Shown here: one piece after another, positions 13,686 through 25,639 of the stretch | How the letters are laid out: each line of letters starts with the position of its first letter | How positions within the stretch are numbered: the first letter of the stretch is position 1 | Source of the DNA: Squalus acanthias | Taxonomy: Eukaryota | Reading direction: 5' to 3' | DNA: 64,000 nucleotides | Assembly (NCBI GenBank): GCA_030390025.1 | Contig: CM059429.1 | Span: 145,142,001 to 145,206,000, forward strand | Position numbers and translations under genes: made by a program | Notes under the pieces: model-generated | What the model was told of the DNA's origin: nothing | What the model saw: the letters and a program-made list of their open reading frames with translations, nothing else | Databases searched by the model: none

Positions 13686-14398
13686 AGATCGTGACGTCAG
13701 TCGAGTGCGCAACGCCCCGGAGTGGATGTTGAGTGGCGCCCCCTGCCTTACCGCCTGCCGCTAGCAACGACAGATTGAGGGGAGCATTTTGCAGTCAGGA
13801 AGGGACTGGGGGAGCGCTATTTAAAGGTGACCGCTTCCTGCCTTTTATTGTTGGTGACATTTTTGAACCATGCATTCTGAGAGAGAGAGAGACTTCTGGA
13901 GAGATTCAACGCTGTGTGAAGGAGTTTTGGGTACTGAGCAGCACTTTGCAGGTTCATTTTGATTTGCCCTTCCTTGTATTAATTTAGAAGAGACTGTGGG
14001 GGCTGCACTCTGAGCTCTTTCCCTGGTTCTCTCCATTGTTCTTTCCAGCAGATTTGATGTACAGGTCTCTCCAGGCCGAGATTCAAGGCTGCAATGAGCA
14101 GGATGTGGATGGAAAGCAAGATCAACCCTCCCCTTTAAGAACTGGCTGGCACCACTGTGTGTGTGTTCCACTGCTGACTGACATCACATGAGCTTCGCCA
14201 GCGCTCTGAGGTAGCGCCTCACTCCTCGGCCTTTGCGCCTTAAGGCAGTTGTGAAGCGCCTGATTTAGCGCTCCAGTCACCTCCAGGGGCGATAAAAGTC
14301 AAGTTTGCAGTCGGAGGCGATAATTAGCGCCAGGCGCTAATCTTTGCGCCCGGCCGATAATTGCGCCCCAAATGGGGCGATACTGAATTTCTCCCCCC
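13686..14398. mobile_element. MITE family copy, truncated on the left
   Basis: Homologous to 22719-23564 and (inverted) 59831-60679. Right TIR AATTTCTCCCCCC. Confidence 0.8.
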
Positions 14399-15177
14399 AT
14401 GACCCTAGCTTTCATATCTGTTGCGCCCCATAAGTTGGTGTCAAAGGACGTAACAGACCAACAAAATGGACAAAGACCTGTTACACTGTCTTTCTGCCCT
14501 GTTTGCACATTGCGCACAGGTTCACTGCTATTCCAAACAGGGATAGGAAACTCAAGCCTGAAACAAGGAGAAGCTTCAATAAAATATTAAAATGAGGGCA
14601 GAATGCCATTGTTTTATCCTGCATGCTATTTTCTGGCATTTTAGCACGCAGGGTGCTAGGTGCAAATCATATCTACATATTATGAGTGTCCGGGGTTGCT
14701 AGAGGATCTGCTGTAGATGGAGGTTCTTTCAACGTGTGTAGTAAGGAGATTCAGTTAGAAGTTTTAAGGCCATTTCAGGGCTGCTGTTTTTGTTATGTTT
14801 TCTGCTGCCATGAGTCTTTGTGGTAATTACTCTGCTGCTTCTATTGTTTCCCTACCAGCTTGCAGTATCCATTAGAACCACCAATGGGCATTCTGATGTG
14901 AATTTCCCCGTATATATGAGCTTTTTGGAGGGGGAACGAGGAAAAGCAATGGAGAGATGGCAGGTGAGTAAGGCTGTTCTGTGCCCAACCACTAACACCT
15001 CTACCCACATATACAGACAAAAGTGCACCTATCACTCTTTGGCAAAGGATCAGTACCTGCAGAGGCACCAGCTTTCAAGATAGGTTGTGGCAGCAGGCCC
15101 AGTGGTACAGATACGACATGTCACTGCCTTATTAACCGTAATGCTGGACAGTTCTTCGGAAGCACCCCAATCACAAT

Positions 15178-15941
15178 GGCCCAGAAATTAAACATCAATG
15201 GTTGCCGCGGGGGTAAGGATTCCCCGCGATATCGCACTCCGCGCCTACCTTTTTGTTTCGGGCCCACACGAACTTCAGTTTGAGGGCCTCTCCCTGTTGC
15301 CGGCGTGCAGTGCTTGCGTGTCCCAGAGGCGCAATTAGTTCGTGCGAGCTCTGGGATCACGTGGGACACTTAGAGCCAATGGCAGCACACCATCTTTCAT
15401 TCATAGTTTTGACAGCAAGGGCTGTCAAAGCTATGAATACTACAAGCCCCCAAAAGAACAGCTAAACCTCAATGAAATTTAAAAAAAAAGCCATCACATT
15501 AATAAAATAACTATAGTTAAATAAATTAACCAATTTAAACAAAAAATTAAATTTTTGAAAAAATTTAAATTCTTTTTAAAAGTTATAAAAATAAACTTAC
15601 CTTTCTTTAAAGTCTCTAAAAAAGATAAACCTGTTGAAAAAATTTAAAATAACACTTAATTAACTACTTACCTTGTTAAAAGGGGGTCCTATGCCTGCTT
15701 TCTTTATGTGTAAAATCTTCACCACTTACCTGCGCGTTCAAACCTGAAAAAAAAACTAAGTGCACTGCGTGCACACAACCTGTAGCGCGCACGCGGTTCA
15801 CTTAGGAACCGCCCCCTTTGCAATACATGAAGTGCCGGTTTCCCGCGCATGCGCAGTGCATGCAGGAAACCGGCAATTTGGGATCTAATACGCGAGAGTA
15901 CACAGTGCGTACTCTCGCGTATTAGGTCTAATTTTCGGGCC
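15178..15941. mobile_element. MITE with internal hairpins
   Basis: TIRs GGCCCAGAAATT / AATTTTCGGGCC. 17-bp perfect stem at 15885-15925. Confidence 0.55.
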
Positions 15942-17694
15942 ACTATGTCATGCACCTCAGTGGTACTGCGTAAAGAGTACTGCGTAAAGAAGGCACGTGA
16001 GGATGATCCAACAGCCAACAAAGCCTGGTTTGCTGTACCTGGGAAGATGCCCGCAACCATATCCGCAGGCATTGTCGCATCTACCTGGCAAATACAGTGG
16101 GGAACTATGCTCACGGAGTTTAGATCATCAAAACAGCCAGATGCAGAACCTTGCCATCTGCTGCAAGGACAATGACATAGAACATGCAGCATAGGGCTGT
16201 CACAGTCAGAGGCAGCTATGGGCAGCTGTGGACTCCAACCGGCCAGGCATGCTACAATGCTGACTTATGGAGTTGGTATCACGGAATAGCACTGCAGGTC
16301 ACCCTTCTCGCAACCACCTCATGCAGCACCACCTCCGCTTCAGAGGCCGTCAAACAGGGATGGGTACTGGGATACTTCATTACTTGTTTCTAAACTCATA
16401 GCTGAACGTTGGAATTCCTTTTTGCCATCGACGTCATATCTCTCTCCTTCAACTCTAGCAGTAGTTTGAGATGTCTTTTAAGCCAAAGGCTGCAAGAATT
16501 TTTCTCCTCCCTTTTTTGCAACTTCCATTTAATTATCTGCATCCTTTTCATTTTCATCTACATCACAATTTTCTGCTCCCATCGCTAGTGTGCTCCTACA
16601 TAAATCCAAATCTTTACCTAGAGCTGTGAATAATTAAGTAAATGGGCTGACCCAGGAAAATTGAGTGCTTTAGCACATTATAGACTAAAAATTGGAAGGT
16701 GCAGCGCTCGTTTTTTAGGCAAAATTGGGCGTTGAAGGGTCCAATATAGCGTGTGGCATGGGTGTGCTCATTCCGTGCCAGTTATGCACCACATGCCATA
16801 TTGGTTAGGGCACCTTGTAGTAGCCCAGGGCACCCACCTGAAACTGGCATTAGGCATACTGCGTATGCAAATTGGGGACCTAATGTCTATTTCAAACCCC
16901 TTTATAAAATTGGATCCCGACTGACCACATCATTCACTGTGCATGCTATGGTCAATTTCCTCTGACTGGAAGCAGCAAAACCAGTGGTCTTTAAAGGGAG
17001 CACTGGAGGCTGTCAGTGAAACGCAAGTTTTTACTTAACTGAACGTGGGGACAGGAGGGCTCTTCCTGGCTTCACGTTAAAACTGTGGGCTGCTGCCAGC
17101 CACTGCTCACCACCCCGCCCCCCGCCGGACTCAACGTAGGCCCAGTGCTAGTGTCCCCTCCGACAGACTTTCCTCCTCTCCAGCTCCACCATACTGCCTC
17201 TTTGGGGTGTGATTCACCCACCCAGCCCTCTGGTCATATCCAGATGACGTAAAACGACAAATTACACATGATCCTCTGGAGGGTTCGTACCCGAAGTCAG
17301 GCGCTAACCAACTTTTAGGCCAATCATTCTGACAATATTCACACCAGTTCTTAATCAGTAAGAACCGAATTGCACCAATACACGAAAATCGGAGCCAATC
17401 TTTTTTTCAGAGACGCCCCTTTTTTAAGGAATTTTTCTCCCTTAGCTCCTTTTGGTATGTGTGTATCGGGCACCTTCTGCATCCAGTAAACCAGGTGGGC
17501 AACATTGTCCAAAGGCATTGCCACTGCTATTCTAAATTTAGCTGCCAGGATGTGCCCAGGAGTCTAGGGATATTTCTCACTTTGATATTTCTTTCCATTC
17601 TCTGAAGAAGCATGTGGTATCTGCTTGGCACATTTTCATACTAACAAATCTGAGGTTGGTAATTCAGTTTGTGAGGAATAATGGGCGTTATCCC

Positions 17695-18323
17695 GGCCGG
17701 AATTTCCTGGAGGTAGGCGGGTTGGGGGCAGGGGGGCCTCCGAGGTGGGCGGGAAACCTGGGAGGCCGGGTTTCCTGCAGGCCCTGCTGACTTTAACGGC
17801 AGAGCCTGATTTGAATGTGAGGTCTTGGATTCCTGCCCGCAGCCAGCCAGCTTGAGAGGCTGGCTGGCTACGGGCGGGTAGGCCTCAGTTGCAGAGAAGG
17901 AGCGAGGGGCCAGTCCGGGGCAGGGATCGCGGTGGGGGGAGGGGGGGGGCGGGTGTCGGGGAACGACTGCCTCGGGGAACCACAGGAGGGGGGGTCGGGG
18001 CTTGACCGGTGGATTGGTGATCAGCGGGGTGGGGGGAGGAGGTGGGGTTAAGGGTCAACCAGAGCAGCGGTGATCAGTGGGGGGGGGGGCGAGTCAGAGA
18101 TTGACTGGAGGATCGGTGATTGGCACGGGGGGGGGGGGGGGTAGGGGAGCAGTTTGGAGGATGGGAGGGTCAGCCGGGGATCGGGGGGATTGGGCAAAAC
18201 CAGAAGTGGGCAGATTGGACGTGGGATCAGGTCAGGAATCCCATTTTTAACAATTTAACTGCCCCCCCCCCCCACCCCCACACACTCCAAACCCACCCAT
18301 TCTTTGGGGGGAAAATTCCGGCC
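17695..18323. mobile_element. G-rich MITE, second copy of the 6470-7477 family
   Basis: TIRs GGCCGGAATTT / AAATTCCGGCC. Shares gggaggccgggtttcc..caggccctgctgacttta with the copy at ~6535. Confidence 0.7.
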
Positions 18324-20187
18324 GGATGTTCCATCTCACAAATAGAAGGACCTGTTTAAATATATACCTGTTTCTAGCCTTAACAATTGGGAGAATTCCT
18401 GAGGTACTTCCTGGAGATTGTCACTAAACTATGTTGTGTTGTGAGTGCCCCGATGGCTCAGACAATGTATCTAGTGACTAGCCGAGCCATGGACATTAAG
18501 AAGATCCCAGGTTTGGAAGTTGCTGATCTCAACCAGGGTGATGGTAGGAATGCTACAATAGGTCTGTGTTTCTGGGCTCAGGAGGGGAAAATCGTTCCTT
18601 GCTCCTAATCACTCTGCAGGCTGAGGAAATGGTGTATGTGCACATCAGATGTGGACCCGATCAGGCTTGACACATGGTTAAATAGCTTGCTGTCAATAGG
18701 CACACATAAATTCTGGCCACTTTGACAAGATACTGGAGGGCACTCTGTGCCAGTGGAACCGTACGTGATCAAGGAGTCATGCTTTCGGAGATGAGAGGGG
18801 AAATTTGTCGAGGAAAGAGATTTAAATAAAATGTAATTTGTGCTGTATCACAAATCTGTTCAGTTTGGGGAGTAACATTTTAAATCACTGAATCAAACTA
18901 TATGCAGTGCCATTAGAAAGACTCTGTCATAATGAACCTGCACCTTAAATCAAAGTCCAGCACTAAAGATTAAATCACAGCACAACTTTAACATGCTTAC
19001 AGATTTAGTAACATTTAGAACTAGTTTACTTACATTTTCTAGTCTTCTCTCAGTGCTCTTTATCCTGTAGTTTCTTTTACTTTTTCAGTTACGTTTCCAC
19101 TGCCTGCTGAAGCCTGCGAAACTCATTGGGCAACTTTGCACCTTAACAATTTAAGGTGGAATTACAATATGTCATGGAACAAACTCCAGAAGCTGAGGAC
19201 ACACCTTACAGGGAAGTGGATGTCTAATTTCACGACATGGGTCACAATCAATAGGTTCTGATTTGAAATACAAGAATGAATACTTGACGTGTCTCTTCTA
19301 AACTTCTTGCTTATTTAAAGAAATGTGTTCACACACTTAAAATGTAGGGGTTGGCGAGTCTATTGATGTTGTGGAGAAAGGATATTTTGTTTACAAAAGC
19401 TGTTCACTGGTATTTTGAGGTCTAATTTTCAAGACATCAGAGTTTAAAGGAAGGAAGCTGGTGAAATGTGGATGTGGAAGGTTCTTGCTCTGCCGCCCCA
19501 ATTTTGCTGGAAGTGCGGGTAACATTAATGGCCATGGAGAAAAACATAGTAAAGATGGAACGAATGGACCAACATGCAACCATGCTGAGGCAAGCAATGT
19601 CACTTTAACCTGGCGGGATGGGTAGCTGATTAAAAACAATACTAGAGTTATTTTAACCAGTAGCGTTCTTCCAGTGTTTTTCTAAAAATTACTTCAGTAA
19701 TAAATTTATTTCAGTAATAAATTATTTTGATACTATAAAGAAAAGTATTTGGGGCTGACTTTCCTGAAGTCCGCACTGGCGGAATGCCTATTTCATGGGT
19801 GCAGAATTTAGGATAAAAGGGATCCATGATAATGCCAAGTCTTTATCCCTTTATGTTGCCTTGGGATTTCCAGGCCTCCACCAAAGGGACTGACGTAGGT
19901 CTGTGCCTGCAACAGAATGGAAATGAGCTGGGAGGGGCAATTCCCACCCGATGCAGGCTTTCTGGCTGCTGTTGCAACAGCGGTCGACGTTCCTACCCCA
20001 GTTCATGACACGAGGCCCTGCCAGGATGTGGGCTGGTGCTGAGGATGCGACCAGGCCATGATAATGATCCGGTTCACTAAATTTGGGCATTTCAAGACCT
20101 GGAAAGCACTACACGGTTCTAATGTGCCGTGTCTGTTCATTGACCTGGCACAGGGTGCCCAAAAAATCGTGCCAATTGGAGCCAAAT

Positions 20188-22243
20188 TTCTATAGGCATA
20201 TAAATAGTAAATGGGTAGTAAGAGGAGGGGTGGGGCCGATTAGGGACCAAAATGGAGACCTACGCATGGAGGCAGAGGGTATGGCTGAGGTACTAAATGA
20301 GTACTTTGCATCTGTCTTTACCAAGGAAGAAGATGCTGCCAAAGTCATAGTGAAAGAGAAGGTAGTTGAGATATTGGATGGGATAAAAATTGATAAAGAG
20401 GAGGTACTAGAAACGCTGGCTGTACTTAACGTAGATCAGTCACCAGGGCCGACAGGATGCATCCTAGGATGCTGAGGGAAGTAAAGGTGGAAATTGCGGA
20501 GGTACTGGCCATAATCTTCTAATCCTCTTTGGATACGGGGGTGGTGCCAGAGGACTGGAGAATTGCAAATAAGAACATAAGAACATAAGAAATAGGAGCA
20601 GGAGTAGGCCAATCGGCCCCTCGAGCCTGCTCCGCCATTCAATAAGATCATGGCTGATCTGATCCTAACCGCCAATCTACTATCTATCACAGAACCATCT
20701 CCTGCATCTAACAGAATTGCACACACGAAATAGGAGCAGAATCAGGCTACACAGTCCCTGGGCCCGCTCCACTACCCACAGGGCCATGACCGATCCGAAC
20801 CTAGACTCATGTCCAAATTCCTGCCCGCTCCCCGTAACCCTTAATGCCCTTTCCTTCTAGGAAACTGTCTATTTCTGTTTTAAATTTAATTAATGTTGTA
20901 GCTTCTACAGCTTTTTGTGGCAGCATATTCCATGGACCTACCACCCTCTGAGTGAAGTAGTTCCTCCTCATCTCAGTTTTGAAAGAGCAGCCCCTTATTC
21001 TAAGACTATGTCCCCTAGTTCTCGTCTCACCCGTCATCGGGAACATCCTCCCCGCATCCACCCGATCCAACCCCTTCACAATCTTATATGTTTCAATAAG
21101 ATCGCCTCTCATTCTTCTGAACTCCAATGAGTAGAGTCCCAATCTACCCAACCTCTCCTCATATGACCACCCCCTCATCCCCGGGATTAACCGAGTGAAC
21201 CTTTTTTGCACTGCCTCGAGAGCAAGGATGTCTTTCCTTAAGTAAGGACACCAAAACTGTATGCAGTATTCCAGGTGCGGTCTCACCAATACCTTGTACA
21301 ACTGAAGCAATACCTCCCTATTTTTATATTCTATCCCCCTAGCAATGAAAGCCAACATTCCATTTGCCTTCTTAATCACTTGCTGCACCTGCATACTAAC
21401 CTTTTGAGTTTCGTGCACCAGGACCCCCAGATCCCTTTGTTACACCCTTCTTCAAAAAAGGGTGTAAGGATAAACCCAGCAACTACAGGCCAGTCAGTTT
21501 AACCTCAGTAGTGGGGAAGCTTTTAGAAAAGATAATCAGGGACAAAATTAGCAGTCACTTGGACAAGTGTGGATTAATTAAGGAAAGCCAGCATGGTTTT
21601 GTTAAAGGCAAATCATGTTTAGCGAACTTGAGGTAACAGAGAGGGTTGATCGGGGCAATGCGGTTGATGTGGTGTACACAAACTTCCAAAAGGCATTTGA
21701 TAAAGTGCCACATAATAGGCTCACCAGCAAAGTTGAAGCCCATGGAATAAAAGGGACAGTGGCAGCATGGATACGGAATTGGCTAAGTGACAGGAAACAG
21801 AGAGTAGTGGTGAACGGTTGTTTTTTGGACTGAGGGAACATATACAGTGGTGTTCCCCAGGAGTCGGTACCAGGACCATTGCTTTTCTTGATATATATTA
21901 ATGACTTGGGTGTACAGGGCACAATTTCAAAATTTGCAGTTGACACAAAACTTGGAAGTATAGTGAACAGTGAGGAGGAGAGTGATAGACTTCAAGAAGA
22001 CATAGGCAGGCTGGTAGAATGGGCGGACATGTGGCAGATGAAATTTAACGCAGAAAAGTGTGAAGTGATACATTTTGGTAGGAAAAACTAGGAGAGGCAA
22101 TAGAAACTAACGGGTACAATTCTAAAGGGGGTGCATGAACAGAGAGATCTGGGGGTATATGTACACAAATCGTTGAAGGTGGCAGGGCAGGTTGAGAAAG
22201 CCGTTAAAAAAACATGCGGGATCCTGGGCTTCATGAATAGAGG
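20188..22243 (+). mobile_element. CR1 LINE ORF2 fragment, split by the insertion at 20571-21438
   Basis: MAEVLNEYFASVFT, DVVY.NFQKAFDKVPH, W.D.WQMKFN..KC. Host sequence gaattgcaaat|gttacaccc rejoins across the insert. Confidence 0.9.
20571..21438 (-). mobile_element. 5'-truncated CR1 (3' end) nested in CR1
   Basis: ORF 20807-21418 (LVRPHLEYC.QFW.P..YEERL..LGL.SLE.RR.RGDLIE) with (TTCTTATG)n tail. Confidence 0.9.
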
Positions 22244-22718
22244 TGGAAAAAACTAGCAGAAAACCTACCTGATTTTGAACAGGGTAATTTAAAAAGAATG
22301 AGATCACTGAAAGGTAAGTGGCAGCCAAGTTAAGCCTACCCAACAGTATAATTTACCAGGTATATTGTCCAGATATGCATGCCATAAAATGTTGCTAGAC
22401 AACCTTTTGTAGAATTATCTCTGGCCATGCTAAACCCTTACATAACTTTAAAGTTCATGTATATTGTATTCATGTAAATTGAAAGCTTCGACACACTCCC
22501 AACTTCAAAGTGCTGCACACGTAAAAGCACTCTAACACAGCCCAGCTGTATGATGCCTGGACACTTAATGACCCTGAGGGTGGGCTGCAGCTGAAGCACA
22601 TGTCTATCACTAAATGTGCTCCTTCATCTTACAACAGATAAAAATTACTTCACTGCTTGCATGGCAAGATGGTACCTGATACAGGGAACAGACCCAAACT
22701 GGAGAAGTCAGGAATTGT

Positions 22719-23564
22719 GGGGGAAAAATTTGGTTGCTTTGTGCCTCCCGTTAGCGCCCTAAGAGGGCGCTAACGGGGCGCAAAGCAACTAGCACCCGGG
22801 CGCGGCGATGTTTGTGCCGCTCGCGAAATTGACCAGATATTTTGCGGCGGCGCTAAACACTACCGCCACGATCTCCTGCGCCCGCAGATCGTGACGTCAA
22901 TCGAGCGTGCAACGCCCCAGTAGCACCCTGGACCGGATATTGTGTGGCGCCCCCTGCCTTTCCACCTGCCGCTAGCAACGACAAGTTGAGGGGAGCATTT
23001 TGCAGTCGGGAAGGGACTGGGGGAGCGCTATTTAAAGGCGACGCTTCCTGTCTTTTTTTGTCAACGACATTTTTGCACCACGCATTCTGAGAGAGAGAAA
23101 GAGACTTCTGGAGAGATTCAACGCTGTGTGAAGGAGTTTTGGGTACTGAGCAACACTTTGCAGGTTCATTTTGATTTGACCTTCCTTGCATCGATTTAGA
23201 AGAGACAATAGGGGCTGCACTCTGAGCTCTTTCCCTGGGCCTCTCCATTGTTCTTTCCAGCAAATTTGATGTACAGGTCTTTCCAGGCCGAGATTCAAGG
23301 CTGCAATGAGTAGGGTGTGGATGGAGAGCAAGATCGACCCTCCTCTTTAAGAACTGGCCGGTGCCAGTGTGTCTGTGTTCCATTGCTGACTGACATCACA
23401 TGAGCTTCGCCAGTGCTCTGAGGTAGCGCCTCGCTCCTCGGCGTTAGCGCCTTAAGAGAGGTGTGTAGAGCCTGATTTAGCGATCCAATCACCTCCAGAG
23501 GCAATAGAAGCCAAGTTTGCAGTCGGAGGCGATAATTAGCGGGGCGATACCGAATTTCTCCCCC
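22719..23564. mobile_element. Complete MITE
   Basis: TIRs GGGGGAAAAATT / AATTTCTCCCCC, TSD TGT (22716-22718, 23565-23567). Confidence 0.85.
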
Positions 23565-23859
23565 TGTAAGTCTTTGATTCCCTTTTAAAACACCACCCTG
23601 GGCAACCATGTTCATAAAAGCATCAAAAGACTAAGAAAAGGTGAAGCTGTAGTCTTCCCTAAACTAGCGTCCAATTTTAATCTTTTGCCCCCTTCTTACT
23701 CGCTCCCACAGAGGCATAAACATAACCTCACTCGCGCAGTTAGAATCCTGTACTCTGAGCTTTATTTGGCAGTATCTCTTGAAGAGACCATTGCAACAGT
23801 TGTCACTTTTGTCATTGCCGGTCTGGAACAGCACCTGCCAGTACTGCCAGGACAAGATG

Positions 23860-24778
23860 GTCATGGACAATTAAGCAACTCACGTGCTGGGCTCCACCAT
23901 CATTGAGGATGGGGACCTTCATGAAACCTCCTCCTCCCCATTGGTTGCTTAATTGTCCACCACCATTCCTGACAATCAAGCAACTAACAGGAGATGGAGG
24001 CTCCATGAACATCCCCAGTATCACTATGGCGGAGCTCAGCACCTGAGTGCAAAAGACAATTGTGTTTGCAACCAATTTCAGCCAGAAGTGCCGAATGGAT
24101 AATCCTTCTCGATCTCCTCCTGAGGTCCTCACTATCACAGATGCCAGGCTATGGGTCCTGACAATATCCCAGCAGTAGTGCTGAAGACCTGTGCTCTAGA
24201 GCTTGCTGCACCCCTAGCTAAGCTTTTCCAGTACAGCTACTTCTACCCGAGAATATGGTAAATTGTACAGGTATCTCCTGTCCACAATAAGCAGGACAGA
24301 TCTAACCTAAACAATTACCGACCTATCAGCCTACTTCCAATCATCAGCAAAATGATGGACGGGGTCATCAACAGAGCTATCAAGTGACACTTATTCACCA
24401 ATAACCTGCTCACCAATGCTCAGTTTGGGTTCCAGCAGGATCACTTGGCTCCAGGCCTCATTACAGTCTTGATCTAAACATAGACAAAAGAGCTGAATTC
24501 CAGAGGTGAAATGAGAGTGACTGCCCTTGTCATCAAGGCAGCATTCAAGCGATTGTGGCACCGAAGGAGCCGTAGTAAAACTGAAGTCAGTTCTTCATTG
24601 TCGCTGGGTCAAAATCTTGGAACTCCATACCTAGCAGCATTGTAGGAGCGCCTTCATCACCTGGACTGCAGTGATTCAATAAGAAGGCCCACCACCACCT
24701 TCTCAAGGACAACTAGGGATCAGCAATAAATGACGGCCTTGCCAGCGACGCCCATATCCCGAAGAATGAATAAAATAA
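23860..24778 (+). mobile_element. Decayed copy of the 9443-12560 LINE family, with internal deletion and short inversion
   Basis: ctgaagacctgtgct..gagcttgctgcacccctagctaagcttttccagtacagctac matches the reverse complement of ~10870-10930. Ends in gaatgaataaaa. Confidence 0.75.
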
Positions 24779-24797
24779 GATGGGATCTCACAGCGCC

Positions 24798-25639
24798 CTG
24801 CAGTACAAAGGGATCTGGGGTCCTAGTGCAAGAAAATCAAAAAGTTAGTATGCAGGTGCAGCAGGTGATCAAGAAGGCCAATGGAATGTTGGCTTTTATT
24901 GCTAGGGGGATAGATTATAAAAACAGGGAGGTATTGCTGCAGTTATATAAGGTATTGGTGAGACCGCACCTGGAATACTGCATACAGTTTTGGTGTCCAT
25001 ACTTAAGAAAAGACATACTTGCTCTCGAGGCAGTACAAAGAAGGTTCACTCGGCTAATCCCGGGGATGAGGGGGTGGACATATGAGGAGAGGTTGAGTAG
25101 ATTGGGACTCTACTCATTGGAGTTCAGAAGAATGAGAGGCGATCTTATTGAAACATATAAGATTGTGAAGGGGCTTGATCGGGTGGATGCGGTAAGGATG
25201 TTCCCAAGGATGGGTGAAACTAGAACTAGGGGGCATAATCTTAGAATAAGGGGCTGCTCTTTCAAAACTGAGATGAGGAGAAACTTCTTCACTCAGAGGG
25301 TAGTGGGTCTGTGGAATTTGCTGCCCCAGGAAGCTGTGGAAGCTACATCATTAAATAAATTTAAAACAGAAATAGATAGTTTCCTAGAGGTAAAGGGAAT
25401 TAGGGGTTACGGTGAGCGGGCAGGAAATTGGACATGAGGCTGAGTTCGGATCGGTCGAGGCCCTGTGGGTGGCGGAGCGGGCCCAGGGGCTGAGTGGCCG
25501 GGTCCTGCTCCTACTTCTTGTGTTCTTTAGATTTGAGGTTAGGATCAGATCAGCCATGATCTTATTGAATGGCAGGAGCAGGCTCGAGGGGCCGATTGGC
25601 CTACTCCTGCTCCTATTTCTTATGTTCTTATGTTCTTAT
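24798..25639 (+). mobile_element. 5'-truncated CR1 (3' end)
   Basis: ORF 24730-25437 is closely similar to 20807-21418. (TTCTTATG)n tail. Confidence 0.9.

Noticed and set aside
13845-14171. Recurrent ORF (also 22853-23383 and 60011-60409) as a multigene family
   Set aside because: Lies within three copies of one MITE, has no recognisable domain, and its ends vary.
19028-19130. First non-coding exon/promoter of the B7-like gene (GTAAGT donor at 19033, GAAA-rich)
   Set aside because: Only a donor-like hexamer, with no independent support.
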